In this document: one piece after another, positions 51,351 through 63,431 of the stretch
Position numbering within the stretch: position 1 is the first letter of the stretch
Layout: each line of letters starts with the position of its first letter
DNA from: Chiloscyllium plagiosum
Lineage: Eukaryota
Direction of reading: 5' to 3'
NCBI RefSeq assembly: GCF_004010195.1
Contig: NC_057720.1
Coordinates: forward strand, 13,111,722 to 13,175,721
Length of the DNA: 64,000 bases
The notes under the pieces: generated by a model
The model's input: the letters and a program-made list of their open reading frames with translations, nothing else
Told to the model about the DNA's origin: nothing
Databases searched by the model: none
Position numbers and translations under genes: made by a program

Positions 51351-53863
51351 TAATAACACTGAAAAGCTTTTTTTTCTGACTAATGAACTGCTGCATTGTG
51401 TGGTCAGTTCTGCTAAATAATTTTGTGGTTTGGTTCATTTTGTAACCTGTGATTTTTAATATAAAAATATAAAGTAGGCTTAGCAACGAAATATCAAAAT
51501 GTAGTGCTAGTTTCACGTTTAGACATCACTTACTTTATGTCAACGTGATCGACACAAATATTTTTAAAGTTTAATTGGACATATGGTATGAAAGTTGATG
51601 TCAGGTTTCAATCATATCCCATTTACTATGAATGATACATTGCGATCATTATGTACAGCGTAGACATTTTATTCATGACTTCGCTGGATTCATTACTCAG
51701 GCTCTTTTAGTGTGCTGCATGGTATTTGTAGATGTAACTTACATATTCTGGATGTGATCTTTCTGAATAAAGAATGGAAAATGATTTTTTCATCTATACA
51801 ATCTGTATTTATTCATCAACTGTGCCAAAAAAATCAGGAATTATTACTGGAAATTGGGAAAATTATTTTAAGTGTATAAGTATAATTGAGATGGGAGGGA
51901 TGTGATTGTGGTGCATTGAAACCATTGTATCTCATAAGACGTTCTGCAAAACAGTGTAACTAAGTGTGTCCAAAATAGTTGGGACCAGGTCTGGATTATA
52001 GAATGATGTCAGAATGCCTAACGACAAGTATTCAAACCGGAAAACACTAGGTACAAAATGTTTTGCTATCTAAATACTATACTAAACTCATCATGCATTA
52101 TCCTGAGTTGGAATAGTATTGCCATTCCTTCACTGTTGCTATATCAAAAATATGGAACTCCATCTTTAACAACACTATGGGTATACCTGCACAACATGGA
52201 CTATAGCAGTCTTAGTAGGCAACTCCTCAGCATTTAATCAAAGGTAATTAAGGATATACAATGAATGTTGACCTTTCCATTGATGCCAAATACTGCAAAA
52301 ATAAATTCATAAAAATAATTTGAATATGGAATATTTGATTCCAGTTTCTATGAACTTCCCTAAAATTTTAACAAAATTTGATTTTTTTGCCTCTTTGCAA
52401 TGTTGATTTCCAGTCACTTGGCTCCTTTTTCATTTTCTTGTTATCCATTGTCCATCTCACTTGTATTATGGAGCTACTCTGAATTAATGCTCGACACTTA
52501 TTGATTTTATTTTAATGTATTGATACCACTTATTTGATAATTGGTAACAGGGAAGCAAGAGATGACCATCTTAAGTAGTGGATTTGAAGAAGAATTCAAA
52601 AGCATGATGGACCAGATAGCTGTCTTTGATACAAAATTTGGCGAACATAGTGAGTCTCTCTGAACCATGTAGGATTTTATTATTTTCTGTCTCCGTTTGT
52701 GTGACTAAGGATCGCCTTCATGTTTCTAAATACATGAATAGAGCAAGTACTGTATGTATAGTATTCATTAAAGCCCATTGGCATTTTAAATTGGATATTT
52801 TAGCTAATGTTCAGAATACATCAAGTTTTTCTTTTCCCCTACGTAATTGATAAATTCATTGCAAAGATGAGAGGAAGGACCTTTCAAAAGTTTTTTGAGA
52901 TGGAGCCACACTACCTTGCTAGACCATCAGAAACCTATTTGCAAATTTATTAGTGAACGAAGCATCTCTTATTATGGAAATCTGATGCTTAATGAACCAA
53001 CGATATAAAATCATTTTATTGCATAAGCATGTAAAACCATCTTGTACTGAGGTTCACGTGTGGTCAGATGGAGGGTCAGTGCCATATTGCGTCTGTGGGA
53101 GAGTTTGGGAAAATGTTTCTTAGTTTGAAGGCTCTTAAAACCCCAAATTCTTTACATAACACAGTTGTAGAAGCAAACTCTGTTGTACATTTTAAATGGG
53201 AAGAGGCTAAATATTTTAAAGACTTTTTTTGACATCTGAGGAAAGGTAGTGAAATTGGGTCAGCTCTTTGAAGGAACTGACACTTGTGTGTTGGGTGTTA
53301 TTGTCCTTAGAAAGTACTGTAAAATTGAGAGATCTGGCAGATATTTATGACCTTGCAGCACAGATTAATCCTGTCAATTTTGACATGAGCCTTCAACTTG
53401 AAATGGATTTCACCAACAGTTAGTGAAGCCGTTACAGTTCCTAGCCATTTGATCCAGGAGTTGACATTTATTGTCTAAATTAGTCTTTTAGTGTAGATTG
53501 CACAATTTACTGTGCCATAATCTTTACCACTGTGGCATATTCGCCCTCTGTCATTTGTGACTAACATTTGTCCTTTTAGTTTTCTGTAGCCGATGATCAC
53601 GCCTTGAAAAATTTATGCAATCTTCTGCAGCAGTATCTTTTTTTAAGAGAATTTTCAGTCATTTCAGATTGCTAAGTTCTATACATTTTAGCTAGTATAT
53701 ATTTTAGGATATAAAAGCTTTTTATTTTGCGAACTGTGCCTTGTTTATTTTATCATTTGAAACTGTTTGGTGCAATCCTTTCATCACTGCTGGATGTTCT
53801 TTTATCTTTCTTGATTTGATTGTAGGATTTCTTCCTATATTACAGTTTCCTGCCATCAAAAGA

Positions 53864-54097
53864 GGAGAAAGTGAGGTCTGCAGATGCTGGAGATCAAAGT
53901 TGAAACTTTATTGCTGGAACAGCACAGCAGGTCAGGCAGCATCCAGGGAACAGGAGATTCGACGTTTCGGGCACAGGCCCTTCTTCCCGTTTCGGGCACA
54001 GGATTCCTGAAGAAGGGCCTGTGCCCGAAACGTCGAATCTCCTGTTCCCTGGATGCTGCCTGACCTGCTGTGCTGTTCCAGCAATAAAGTTTCAACT
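53864..54097. mobile_element. Young fold-back Penelope mini-element with perfect 89-bp arms
   Basis: 53898-53986 is the exact reverse complement of 54009-54097; 16-bp TSD CTGCCATCAAAAGAGG at 53850-53865 and 54096-54111. Confidence 0.93.
54001..54040 (+). ncRNA. Minimal type-I hammerhead ribozyme motif, all elements intact
   Basis: GGATTC-CTGAAGA-A-GGGC-CTGT-GCCC-GAAA-CGTC-GAATCT; stem I GATTC/GAATC; predicted cleavage after C54034. Confidence 0.82.
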
Positions 54098-54419
54098 GCC
54101 ATCAAAAGAGGCCTTTTTTCACCCAGACTTAAGTTATGTCAAAAAGATATAATACTACAGTTTGTACGTTTGAGCAGTAATTTTTATTCTTGCATTTTTT
54201 CCATTTATTATCAATGATGACAGAAGGTAAATCCAGTTGAAACATTCAGAATACATGTAGGTCGCTGAATGCTCTATCTCTGCTCCTATTTTGTATGTTC
54301 GTATAACATAGAGAAGTGTGGAGTTATTCACTTTGGATTTTAAAATCAGAGAAGCAGAATATTTTAATTTTGAAAAATGTGAAATGTGACCGTGATGTTC
54401 AGAGAAGACAAAGAGGAGG

Positions 54420-57400
54420 CTCGAAGAACACAGCAAGCCAGGCAGCATCAGGAGGTGAAGTCAATATTTCAGGTGCTAACCCTTCAGGACTAGATGTGGG
54501 GATAGGGGAGCTACAGATAGAGAGGCAGGATGTTGGGTGAGGAGAGTAGCAGAATGGTGAGGTAGTGATAAATGAAGACAGGTAGTGGGTACGACCTTGT
54601 TGGTCGATGGAGGGATAGATACGGTTAGTAGCTGGAAGGAAGGGTCGGTAGGTAGAATGGAAAGGAGAAGGCAGGGTTGGAAAGGGAGCTAGGGGATGGA
54701 TGGGAATGTTGTTTGAAATTAGAAACCTAAATGTTAAGTCCTCCGGGCTGTAGGCTGCTCAGGCAGAAGATAAGGTGTTGTTCCTCCAGTTTGTAGTCTG
54801 ATTCACTGGCAATTGAGGAGGCCAAGAATGGGCATGTCAGAGGGGGAATTGAAATGGGCGGTGGGATCATCAGGCTGGATGTTTTGGGCCAGGCAAAGAT
54901 AAAACTGTCATCTAGTCTACGTTTGGTCTGTCTGATGTAGTAGAAGACCACATTGGAAGCACTGTATGTAGTAGACTAGGTGGGAGGACATGTAGGTAAA
55001 AACAATGACTGCAGATGCTGGAAACCAGATTTTGGATTAGTGGTGCTGGAAGAGCACAGCGGTTCAGGCAGCATCCGAGGAGCAGCAAAATCGATGTTTC
55101 GGGCAAAAGCCCTTCATCAGGAATAAAGGCAGAGAGCCTGAAGCGTGGAGAGATAAGCTAGAGGAGGGTAGGGGTGGGAGAAAGTAGCATGGAGTACAAT
55201 AGGTGAGTGGGGGAGGGGATGAAGGTGATAGGTCAGGGAGGAGGGTGGAATGGATAGGTGGAAATGAAGATAGGCAAGTAGGACAAGTCATGGGGACAGT
55301 GCTGAGCTGGAAGTTTGGAACTACGGTGAGGTGGGGGAAGGGGAAATGAGGAAACTGTTGAAGTCCACATTGATGCCCTGGGGTTGAAGTGTTCCGAGGC
55401 GGAAGATGAGGCGTTCTTCCTCCAGGCGTCTGGTGGTGAGGGAGCGGCGGTGGAGGAGGCCCAGCACCTCCATATCCTCGGCAGAGTGGGAGGGGGAGTT
55501 GAAATGTTGAGCCACGGGGCGGTGTGGTTGATTGGTGCGGGTGTCTCGGAGATGTTCCCTAAAGCGCTCTGCTAGGAGGCGCCCAGTCTCCCCAATGTAG
55601 AGGAGACCGCATCGGGAGCAACGGATACAGTAGATGATATTAGTGGATGTGCAGGTAAAATTTTGATGGATGTGGAAGGCTCCTTTAGGTCCTTGGATGG
55701 AGGTGAGGGAGGAGGTGTGGGCGCTGGTTTTACAGTTCCTGCGGTGGCAGGGGAATGTGCCAGGATGGGAGGGTGGGTCGTAGGGGGGCGTGGACCTGAC
55801 CAGGTAGTCACGGAGCTAACGGTCTTTGCGGAAGGCGGAGAGGGGTGGGGAGGGAAATATATCCCTGGTGGTGGGGTCTGTTTGGAGGTGGCGGAAATGT
55901 CGGCGGATGATTTGGTTTATGCGAAGGTTGGTAGGATGGAAGGTGAGCACCAGGAACGTTTTGTCCTTGTTGCGGTTGGAGGGGTTGGGTCTGAGGGCGG
56001 AGGTGCGGGATGTGAACGTGATGCGTTGGAGGGCATCTTTAACCACGTGGGAAGGGAAATTGCGGTCTCTAGAGAAGGAGGCCATCTGGTGTGTTCTATG
56101 GTGGAACCGCTCCTCCTGGGAGCAGATACGGCGGGGGCGGAGGAATTGGGGATACGGGATGGCATTTTTGCAAGAGGTAGGGTGGGAAGAGGTGTAATCC
56201 AGGTAGCTGTGGGAGTCGGTGGGTTTGTAGAAAATGTCAGTGTCAAGTCGGTCGTCACTGATGGAGATGGAGAGGTCCAGGAGGGGGAGGGAGGTGTCAG
56301 AGATGGTCCAGGTAAATTTAAGGTCAGGGTGGAATGTGTTGGTGAAGTTGATGAATTGCTCAACCTCCTCGCAGGAGCATGAGGTGGCGCCAATGCAGTC
56401 ATCAATGTAACGGAGAAAGAGGTGGGGAATGGTGCCGGTGTAATTACGGAAGATCGACTGTTCTACGTAGCCAACAAAGAGACAAGCACAGCTGGGGTTC
56501 ATACGTGTGCCCATGGCTACCCCTTTGGTCTGGAGGAAGTGGGAGGATTCGAAGGAGAAATTGTTAAGGGTGAGGACCAGTTCGTCCAAACGAATGAGTG
56601 TGTCAGTGGAAGGGTACTGTTGGGGACTTCGGAAGAGGAAAAAACTGAGGGCTTGTAGGCCCTGGTCATGGCGGATGGAGTGTAGAGGGATTGGATATCC
56701 ATGGTTAAGGTGAGGCATTGGGGGCCGGGGAAACGGAGGTCTTGGAGGAGGTGGAGGGCGTGGGTGGTGTCCCGAACGTATGTGGGGAGTTCCTGGACTA
56801 GCGGGGATAGGACAGTGTCGAGGTAGGTAGAAATGAGTTAAGTGGGGCAGGAGCATGCTGAGACAATGGGTAGAAATGAGTTAGGTGAACCTCTCCTACC
56901 TGGAAGGACTGTTTGAGCCCTGAATAGAGGTGAGGGAGATGGTGTATGGGCAGTTGTTACATCTTTTTTGGTTAAAAGGAAAAGCACCGGGGAGGGGTTT
57001 GAAGGGATTGGTGGGGAGTGTGGCACAAGCTAAGGAGTGGTGAGGGGAGTGGTCTTTGCGGAAGATAGAGAGGGGTAGGGAGGGAAAGATATTCTGGATG
57101 GTTGGGGTCTAATTGGAGATGGCGGAAGTGGTTGGGGATGATATGTTGAATGCGGAGGCTAATAGGGTAGAAAGTGAGATGAAGGGGGACCCTATCTTTA
57201 TTAAGTTTGGAATGAAAGGTTTAGAGCAGTGGAGTGAGGAATGGAGGAGGTGTGGTGGAGGTCTGTCTTTTTGACGTGGGGAATAAAAAAACTTTATTTG
57301 AAGTAGAAGGATATCTGGGATGTTTGGGAGTGAAACATCTTCTCATCAAAACAGACGAGACAGAGAAATTGGGAAAACGGGATGGAGTTTTTGCAGGATA

Positions 57401-58222
57401 CATGATGGGAGAAGGTGTAGTCAAGGTAGCTATGGGAGTCTGTGGGTTTATAGTAAATGTTGGCCCATAAACTGTTGCCAGAAATGGAAATGGAGAGGTC
57501 AAGAAAGGGGAGGGAGGTGTCCAAGATAGACCAAGTGTGTGGTGGAAGTTAGCGAAGTCGATGAACTGCTCCAGTTCAGCCTGGGTGCAGGATGCAGTCA
57601 TTAATGTGACAGCAGAAGGAAGGGTTGAGGCATAGTTCCAGTACACGTACTGAAGAGGGATTGTTCAACATAACTGACCAAGAGGCAGGTGTAGCAGGGG
57701 CCCAGATGAGTGCCCATGGCCATCCCCTGAATTTGGTGAAAGTGCAAAGAATTAAAGGAAAAGTTATTGAGGGTGAGGACTAATTTGACAAGGTGGAGGG
57801 CGGTATTGGTGGGAGTGGGGCTGGATGCCTCTATTGGAGAGGAAAAAACTGAAGTCCTGCAGGCTGTCATTGTGAGGGTATGGATGTGTATAAAGACTGC
57901 ACGTCCACAGAGAAGATGAAGTGTTGCGGGCCAGGAAACTGAAAGTTTCCGAAGAGGTAGAGGGTGTGGTTTGTGTCCCAGATATAGGTGGGAAGTGCAT
58001 GGGCCAAGGGGGTGAGAATGAAGTTGAGGTAGGAAGAAGTGAGTTTGGTGGGGCAGGAGCATGCAGTGATGATAGGTCAGCAGGGGTAATTGGCCTTGGG
58101 GAGCAGGTGGAACCAGGCATGATAGGGCTGAGGGACTGAAATTGGAGGCAGTGGATGGGAGGTCACTGGAAGCAATGAGGTCAAGGACAGATCTGACAAG
58201 TCCATCCTCTGCCTCCTCCATT
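54420..58222 (-). mobile_element. Older Penelope-like element (54420-54992 and 56887-58222) split by a younger one
   Basis: YYIRQTKRRL...KLEEQHLIF (GIY-YIG); LPFLDLSISI...IYYKPTDSHSYLDY; LVLTLNNFSFNSLHFHQIQGMAMGT. Confidence 0.85.
54993..56880 (-). mobile_element. Younger 5'-truncated Penelope-like element (RT, GIY-YIG, pLTR with hammerhead motif at 55089-55124)
   Basis: ORF 55816-56856 has QTKGVAMGT...FLRYIDDCIG...LPLLDL...YKPTDSHSYL; premature stop at 55816 and a frameshift near 56690; TAGGT at both junctions. Confidence 0.93.
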
Positions 58223-58224
58223 TC

Positions 58225-58567
58225 TGCAGTGAATCGACTGCAATTTGGAGGAACAACATTGTATCTTCCACCTGGGCAACCTACAACCCAGAGGACTTAA
58301 CACTGAGTTCTTTAATTTCAAATACCCATCCCCAGGCTCCCATTCCAAAACCACCACCTACCTTTAATTCCATCTACTGACCCTTCCTTCCAGCTATTTA
58401 TTCGTCCCTCCCATTAACCAACCAGGTCATACCCACTATCTTTGTCCACCTGTCACTACCTCACTATTCCGTTACTCTCTCCACCTCACCTCAACCCCCT
58501 ACCCCTCTTTATCCGAAGCTCTCCCTCGCCCAATATCTGGTCCTGAAGAAGGGGTAATATCCAAAAC
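58225..58567 (+). mobile_element. Penelope 3' end/pLTR in inverted orientation
   Basis: TTGGAGGAACAACATTGTATCTTCCACCTGGGCAACCTACAACC; ends within a degenerate hammerhead CTGAAGAAGGGGTAATATCCAAAAC. Confidence 0.75.
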
Positions 58568-59343
58568 TGAAAATGTGTTGCTGGAAAAGCGCAGCAGGTC
58601 AGGCAGCATCCAAGGAACAGGAGAATCGACGTTTCAGGCATAAGCCCTTCTTCAGGAATGAGGAAAGTGTGTCCAGCAGGCTAAGATAAAAGGTAGGGAG
58701 GAGGGACTTGGGGGAGGGGCATTGGAAATGCAATAGGTGGAAGGAGGTCAAGGTGAGGGTGATGGGCCAGAGTGGGGTGGGGGCGGAGAGGTCAGGAAGA
58801 AGATTGCAGGTTAGGAAGGCGGTGCTGAGTTCGAGGGATTTGACTGTGACAAGGTGGGGGGAGGGGAAATGAGGAAATTGGAGAAATCTGAGTTCATCCC
58901 TTGTAGTTGGAGGGTTCCTATGCGGAAGATGAGGTGCTCTTCCTCCAACCGTCATGTTGCTATAGTCTGGCGATGGAGGAGTCCAAGGACCTGCATGTCC
59001 TATGGAGGAGTCCAAGGACCTGCTTGTCCTTGGTGGAGTGGGAGGGGGAGTTGAAGTGTTGAGCCACGGGGTGGTTGGGTTGGTTGGTCCGGGTGTCCCA
59101 GAGGTGTTCTCTGAAACGTTCCGCAAGAAGGCGGCCTGTCTCCCCAATATAGAGGAGGCCACATCGGGTGCAGCGGATGCAATAAATGTGTGTGGAGGGG
59201 CAGGTGAATTTGTGGCGGATATGGAAGTATCCCTTGAGGCCTTGGAGGGAGGTAAGGGGGGAGGTGTGGGCGCAAGTTTTGCGTTTCTTGCGGTTGCGTG
59301 GCTCAACTCGTGGCTCAACACTTCAACTCCCCCTCCCACTCCA
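58567..59343 (-). mobile_element. Penelope 3' part (same family as 31312-32515) with short 5' inversion
   Basis: Near-identical reverse complement of 31460-32475 without the SINE; 59298-59343 is an inverted internal piece. Confidence 0.9.
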
Positions 59344-59347
59344 ACTT

Positions 59348-61732
59348 GAGTAGATCACATCTACCGCTCTGCCCTCATCAATCCTCTTTGTTACTTCCTC
59401 AAAAAACGGAATCAAGTTTGTGAGACATGATTTCCCACGCACAAAGCCATGTTGACTATCCCTAATCAGTCCTTGCCTTTCCAAATACGTGTGCATCCAG
59501 TCCCTCAGGATTCCCTCCAACAACTTGGCCACCACCCACGTCAGGCTCACCGGTCTATAGTTCCCTGGCTTGTCCTTACTACCCTTAAAGAGTGGCGCCA
59601 CGTTAGCCAACCTCCAGTCTTCCGGCGCCTCACCTGTGACTATTGATGATGCAAATAACTCAGCAAGAGGCCCAGCAATCACTTATCTAGCTTCCCCCAG
59701 AGTTCTAGGGTACACCTGATCAGGTCCTGGGGATTTATCCACCTTTATCGTTTTAAGACACCTACTCTGTAATGTGGACATTTTGCAAGATGTCACCATC
59801 TATTTCACTACTTTCTATATCTTCCATGTCCTTTTCCACAGTAAATACTGATGCAAAATATTCATTTAGTAAATCCCCCATTTTCTGCGGTTCCACACAA
59901 AGGCTGTCTTGCTGATCTTTGAGGGGCCCTATTCTCTCCTGAATTACCCTTCTGTCCTTAATGTATTTGTAAAAACCCTTTGGATTCTCCTTAATTCTAT
60001 TTGCCAAAGCTATCTCATGTCCCCTTTTTGCCCTCCTAATTTCCCTCTTAAGTATACTCCTACTGCCTTTATACTCTTCTTAGGATTCACTCGATCTATA
60101 CTGACTATACCTTATATATGCTTCCTCCTTAATTTTAACCAAACCCTCAATTTCTTTAGTCATCCAGCATTCACTATACCTACTAGCCATTGCTTTCACC
60201 CTAACAGGAATATACCAGCTCTGAATTCTCGTAATCTCATTTCTGAAGGCTTCCCATTTTCCAGCTGTCCCATTACCTGCGAACATCTGCCCCAATCAGC
60301 TTTTGAAAGTTCTTGCCTAATATTGTCAAAATTGGCTTTTCACCAATTTAGAACTTCAACTTTTAGATCTGGTCTATCCTTTTCCATCACAATTTTAAAA
60401 CAAATAGAACTATGTCGCTGGCCCCAAAGTGCTGCCCCACTGACACCTCAGTCACCTGCCCTGCCTTATTTCCCAAGAGTAGGTCAAGTTTTGCACCTTC
60501 TCTGGTAGGTACATCCACATACTGAATCAGAAAATTGTCTTGTACACACTTAACAAATTCCTCTCCATCTAAACCCTTAACCACACTATGACAGTCCCAG
60601 TCTATATTATTTGGAAAGTTAAAATCCCCTACCATAACCACCCTATTATTCTTACAGATAGTTGAGATCTCCTTACAAGTTTGTTTCTCAATTTTCCACT
60701 GACAATTAGGGGGTCCATAATATAATCCCAATAAGGTGTTCATCCCTTTCTTATTTCTCAGTTCCACCCAAATAACTTCCCTGGATGTATTTCCGGGACT
60801 GTCCTCCCTCAGCACAGCTGTAATGCTATCCCTTATCAAAAATGCCACTCCCCCTCCTTTCTTGCCTCCCTTTCTATCTTTCCTATAGCATTTGTATTCT
60901 GGAACATTAAGCTGCCAGTCCTGCCCATCCATGAGCCATGTTTCTGTCACATGTTCCAAACCATATCCCAGTCCTATGTTCCTAACCATTCCGAGTTCAT
61001 CTGCCTTCCCTGTTAGGCCCCTTGCATTGAAATAGATGCAGTTAATTTATTAGTCCTACCTTGTCCCTGCCTGCCCTGACTGTTTGACTCTCATCTGTTC
61101 TCAGCTGTACCAGTCTCAGATTGATCTCTTTCCTCTCTACCTCCCTCGGTCCCCCCCCCCCCCACATTACTAGTTTAAATTGTCCTGAGCAGCTCTATCA
61201 AATTTCCCTGCCAGTATATTAGTCCCCTTCCAATTTAGGTGCAATCTGTCCTTCATGTACAGGTCACTTCTACCCCAAAAGAGATTCCAGTGATCCAAAG
61301 ATGATCCTTCTCTCATACACCAGCTCCTTAGCCATGCATTCATCTGCTCTATCCTCCTATTCCTGCCCTCACTAGCTCGTAGCACCGGAGGTAATCCAGA
61401 TATTACTTCTCTCGAGGACCTCCTTTTTAAATTCCTGCCTAACTCTCTGTAATCTCCCTTTAGAATCTCAACCTTTTCCCATCCTCTGTCGTTGATTCCA
61501 ATGTGGACAATGACCTCTTGCTGGCCCCTCTCCCCTGTGAGGTTATTCTGCACCTTCTCTGAGACACTCTTGATCCTGGCACCAGGGAAGCAACACACCA
61601 TTCTGCTTTTTCGCTGCTGGCCACAGAAAAGTCTGTCTGTACCTCGGACGAAAGAATCCCCAAACACAATTGATCTCTTGGAACCTGACGTACCCTTCAT
61701 TGCATTAGAGCCAGTCTCAATACCAGAAACTT
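59348..61732 (-). mobile_element. CR1 LINE, ORF1 esterase, APE and RT start (same family as 41850-45163)
   Basis: IVFGDSFVRG...CCFPGARIK...HIGIND; VTETWL...GGGVAF...VMVGDFNFP...PTREGAKLDLLL; KPGNYRPVSLT. Confidence 0.94.
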
Positions 61733-62027
61733 GCGCTCTCATTATCATTTATGGAGTCTATTGCACACCATAATCAGCTCATTTCACTTAATCAGTGATT
61801 ATTAATGCTGTAGTTTCATATCCAGTGTAACAGATGAAAACATAAAGGTATTGAGGAAAAGCCAGGGAACTGTCGACCAGTGAGTCTGACATCAACGGTG
61901 AGTAAATTGTTGGAGGGGACTTTGAGAGATAGCACTTACATGCATTTGGAAAGTTAAGGACTGATTCGGGATAGTCAGCATGACGTTGTGCATTGGAATT
62001 CATGTCTCACTAACTTGATTGAGTTTT

Positions 62028-62382
62028 CATAGAATCGTAGAATCCCTACAGTGTGAAAACACTTCTTTTGACCCAACAAGTCCACACCGGCCCTCTGAAG
62101 AGGTACCCACCAGACCCATTCCCCTACCCTATTACTCAAGATTTTCCCTGACTAATGCACCTAACGTACATATCCCAGATCACTGTGGGCAATTTAGCAT
62201 GGCCAATTCACCCAACTTGTACACCTTTCGATTGTAGGAGGAAGCTGGAGCACCCGGAGGAAATCCACACTGACACGGGGAATGTGCAAACTCCACACAG
62301 ACAGTCGCCTGAGGGTGGAATTGAACCCGGGTCACTGGCGCTGTGAGGTAGCAATGCTAACCACTAAGCCACCGTGCCACCC
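62028..62382 (-). mobile_element. HE1/V-SINE
   Basis: Head, V-domain and tail. Confidence 0.92.
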
Positions 62383-62444
62383 CTTTAAACTTCAGAAGAT
62401 GCTTTAGGTAAAAATGATTTTTAGCCAAGAAATATTTTAAAATT

Positions 62445-63431
62445 GAGTTTTTTGAAGAGGTGACTAAGAATGTAGATCCAGGGAGAGCTTGCCAAAAGCA
62501 TACAAAATTGCTTTGACGGTAGAAGACATGGTAGTAGATTGTGATGGTAGATGGTTGTTGTTTTGACTGGAGGGCTATGACCAGCAGTGTGCTGCAAGGA
62601 TCAATGCTGGATCTGATGTTTTGTCATTTATGTAAACTATTTGGCTGAAACAAATGGAGGCATGGCTCCAGCATTGGTGTAGTGGACTGTGAAGAAGATT
62701 ATCCAAGAGTGTAATGAGATATTGATAAGATGGGTCAATGGGCCGAGAAGTTTCAGGTGGAATTTAATTTTGGATAAATACGAGGTATTGCATTTTAATG
62801 AGGCAAAACCAAGCAGAGCTTACACAATGATAGGCTCTGCGGAGTATTGTTGGCCTGGGGCCGTGGGGGTGCAGGTGCCTTGAATGTGGCATTGTAATTA
62901 GACAGGGTGGTGAACAAGGCATTTGGCACGCTTTTCTTCATTGATCAGAGCATTGAGTACAGAAGTTGAGATATCATGTGGCTATACAAGAGAGTGTGAG
63001 ACACTTTTAGAATGCAGCATATTGTTGCCCTGTTACACGAAGGGTTTTGTTAAACTAGAATGGGTATAAAAACACTAAGAAGGATGTTGCTGGGACTGGA
63101 GGATTTCAGTTATAGGGAGAGGCTGGATAGGTCTGGGACCTTTTTCCCTCAAGCATCAGAGGCTGAAGAGTGATCTTCTAGAAGTTTATGAAATCATGAG
63201 GAGCATAGATAAAGTTAGTAGCCAAGCTATGTTCCCAAAGGTAGAGGAAGTCCAAAACTCAAGGGCACAGGTTTAAGGTGAGAGGAGAAAAATTTAAAAG
63301 GGACCTGAAAGGCAACTTTTTCACACTGAAGGTAATGTGCATATGGAATGAGCTGCCAGAGGAAGTGCAAAAGGCACATATAACTATAACATTTCAAAAA
63401 CATTTGGACAGGTACATAGACAGGAAAGGTT
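62445..63431 (+). mobile_element. Old CR1 RT and 3' region (continues a fragment at about 61860-62027)
   Basis: GCCAGGGAACTGTCGACCAGTGAGTCTGACATC (PGN.RPVSLTS) and TGGAATGAGCTGCCAGAGGAAGTG. Confidence 0.8.

Noticed and set aside
55663..56382. 239-aa Gly/Val-rich plus-strand ORF
   Set aside because: Antisense shadow of the Penelope RT ORF.
55816..56856. 346-aa RT ORF as a functional or domesticated gene
   Set aside because: 5'-truncated, frameshifted near 56690 and stopped before the GIY-YIG domain; an ordinary decayed PLE.
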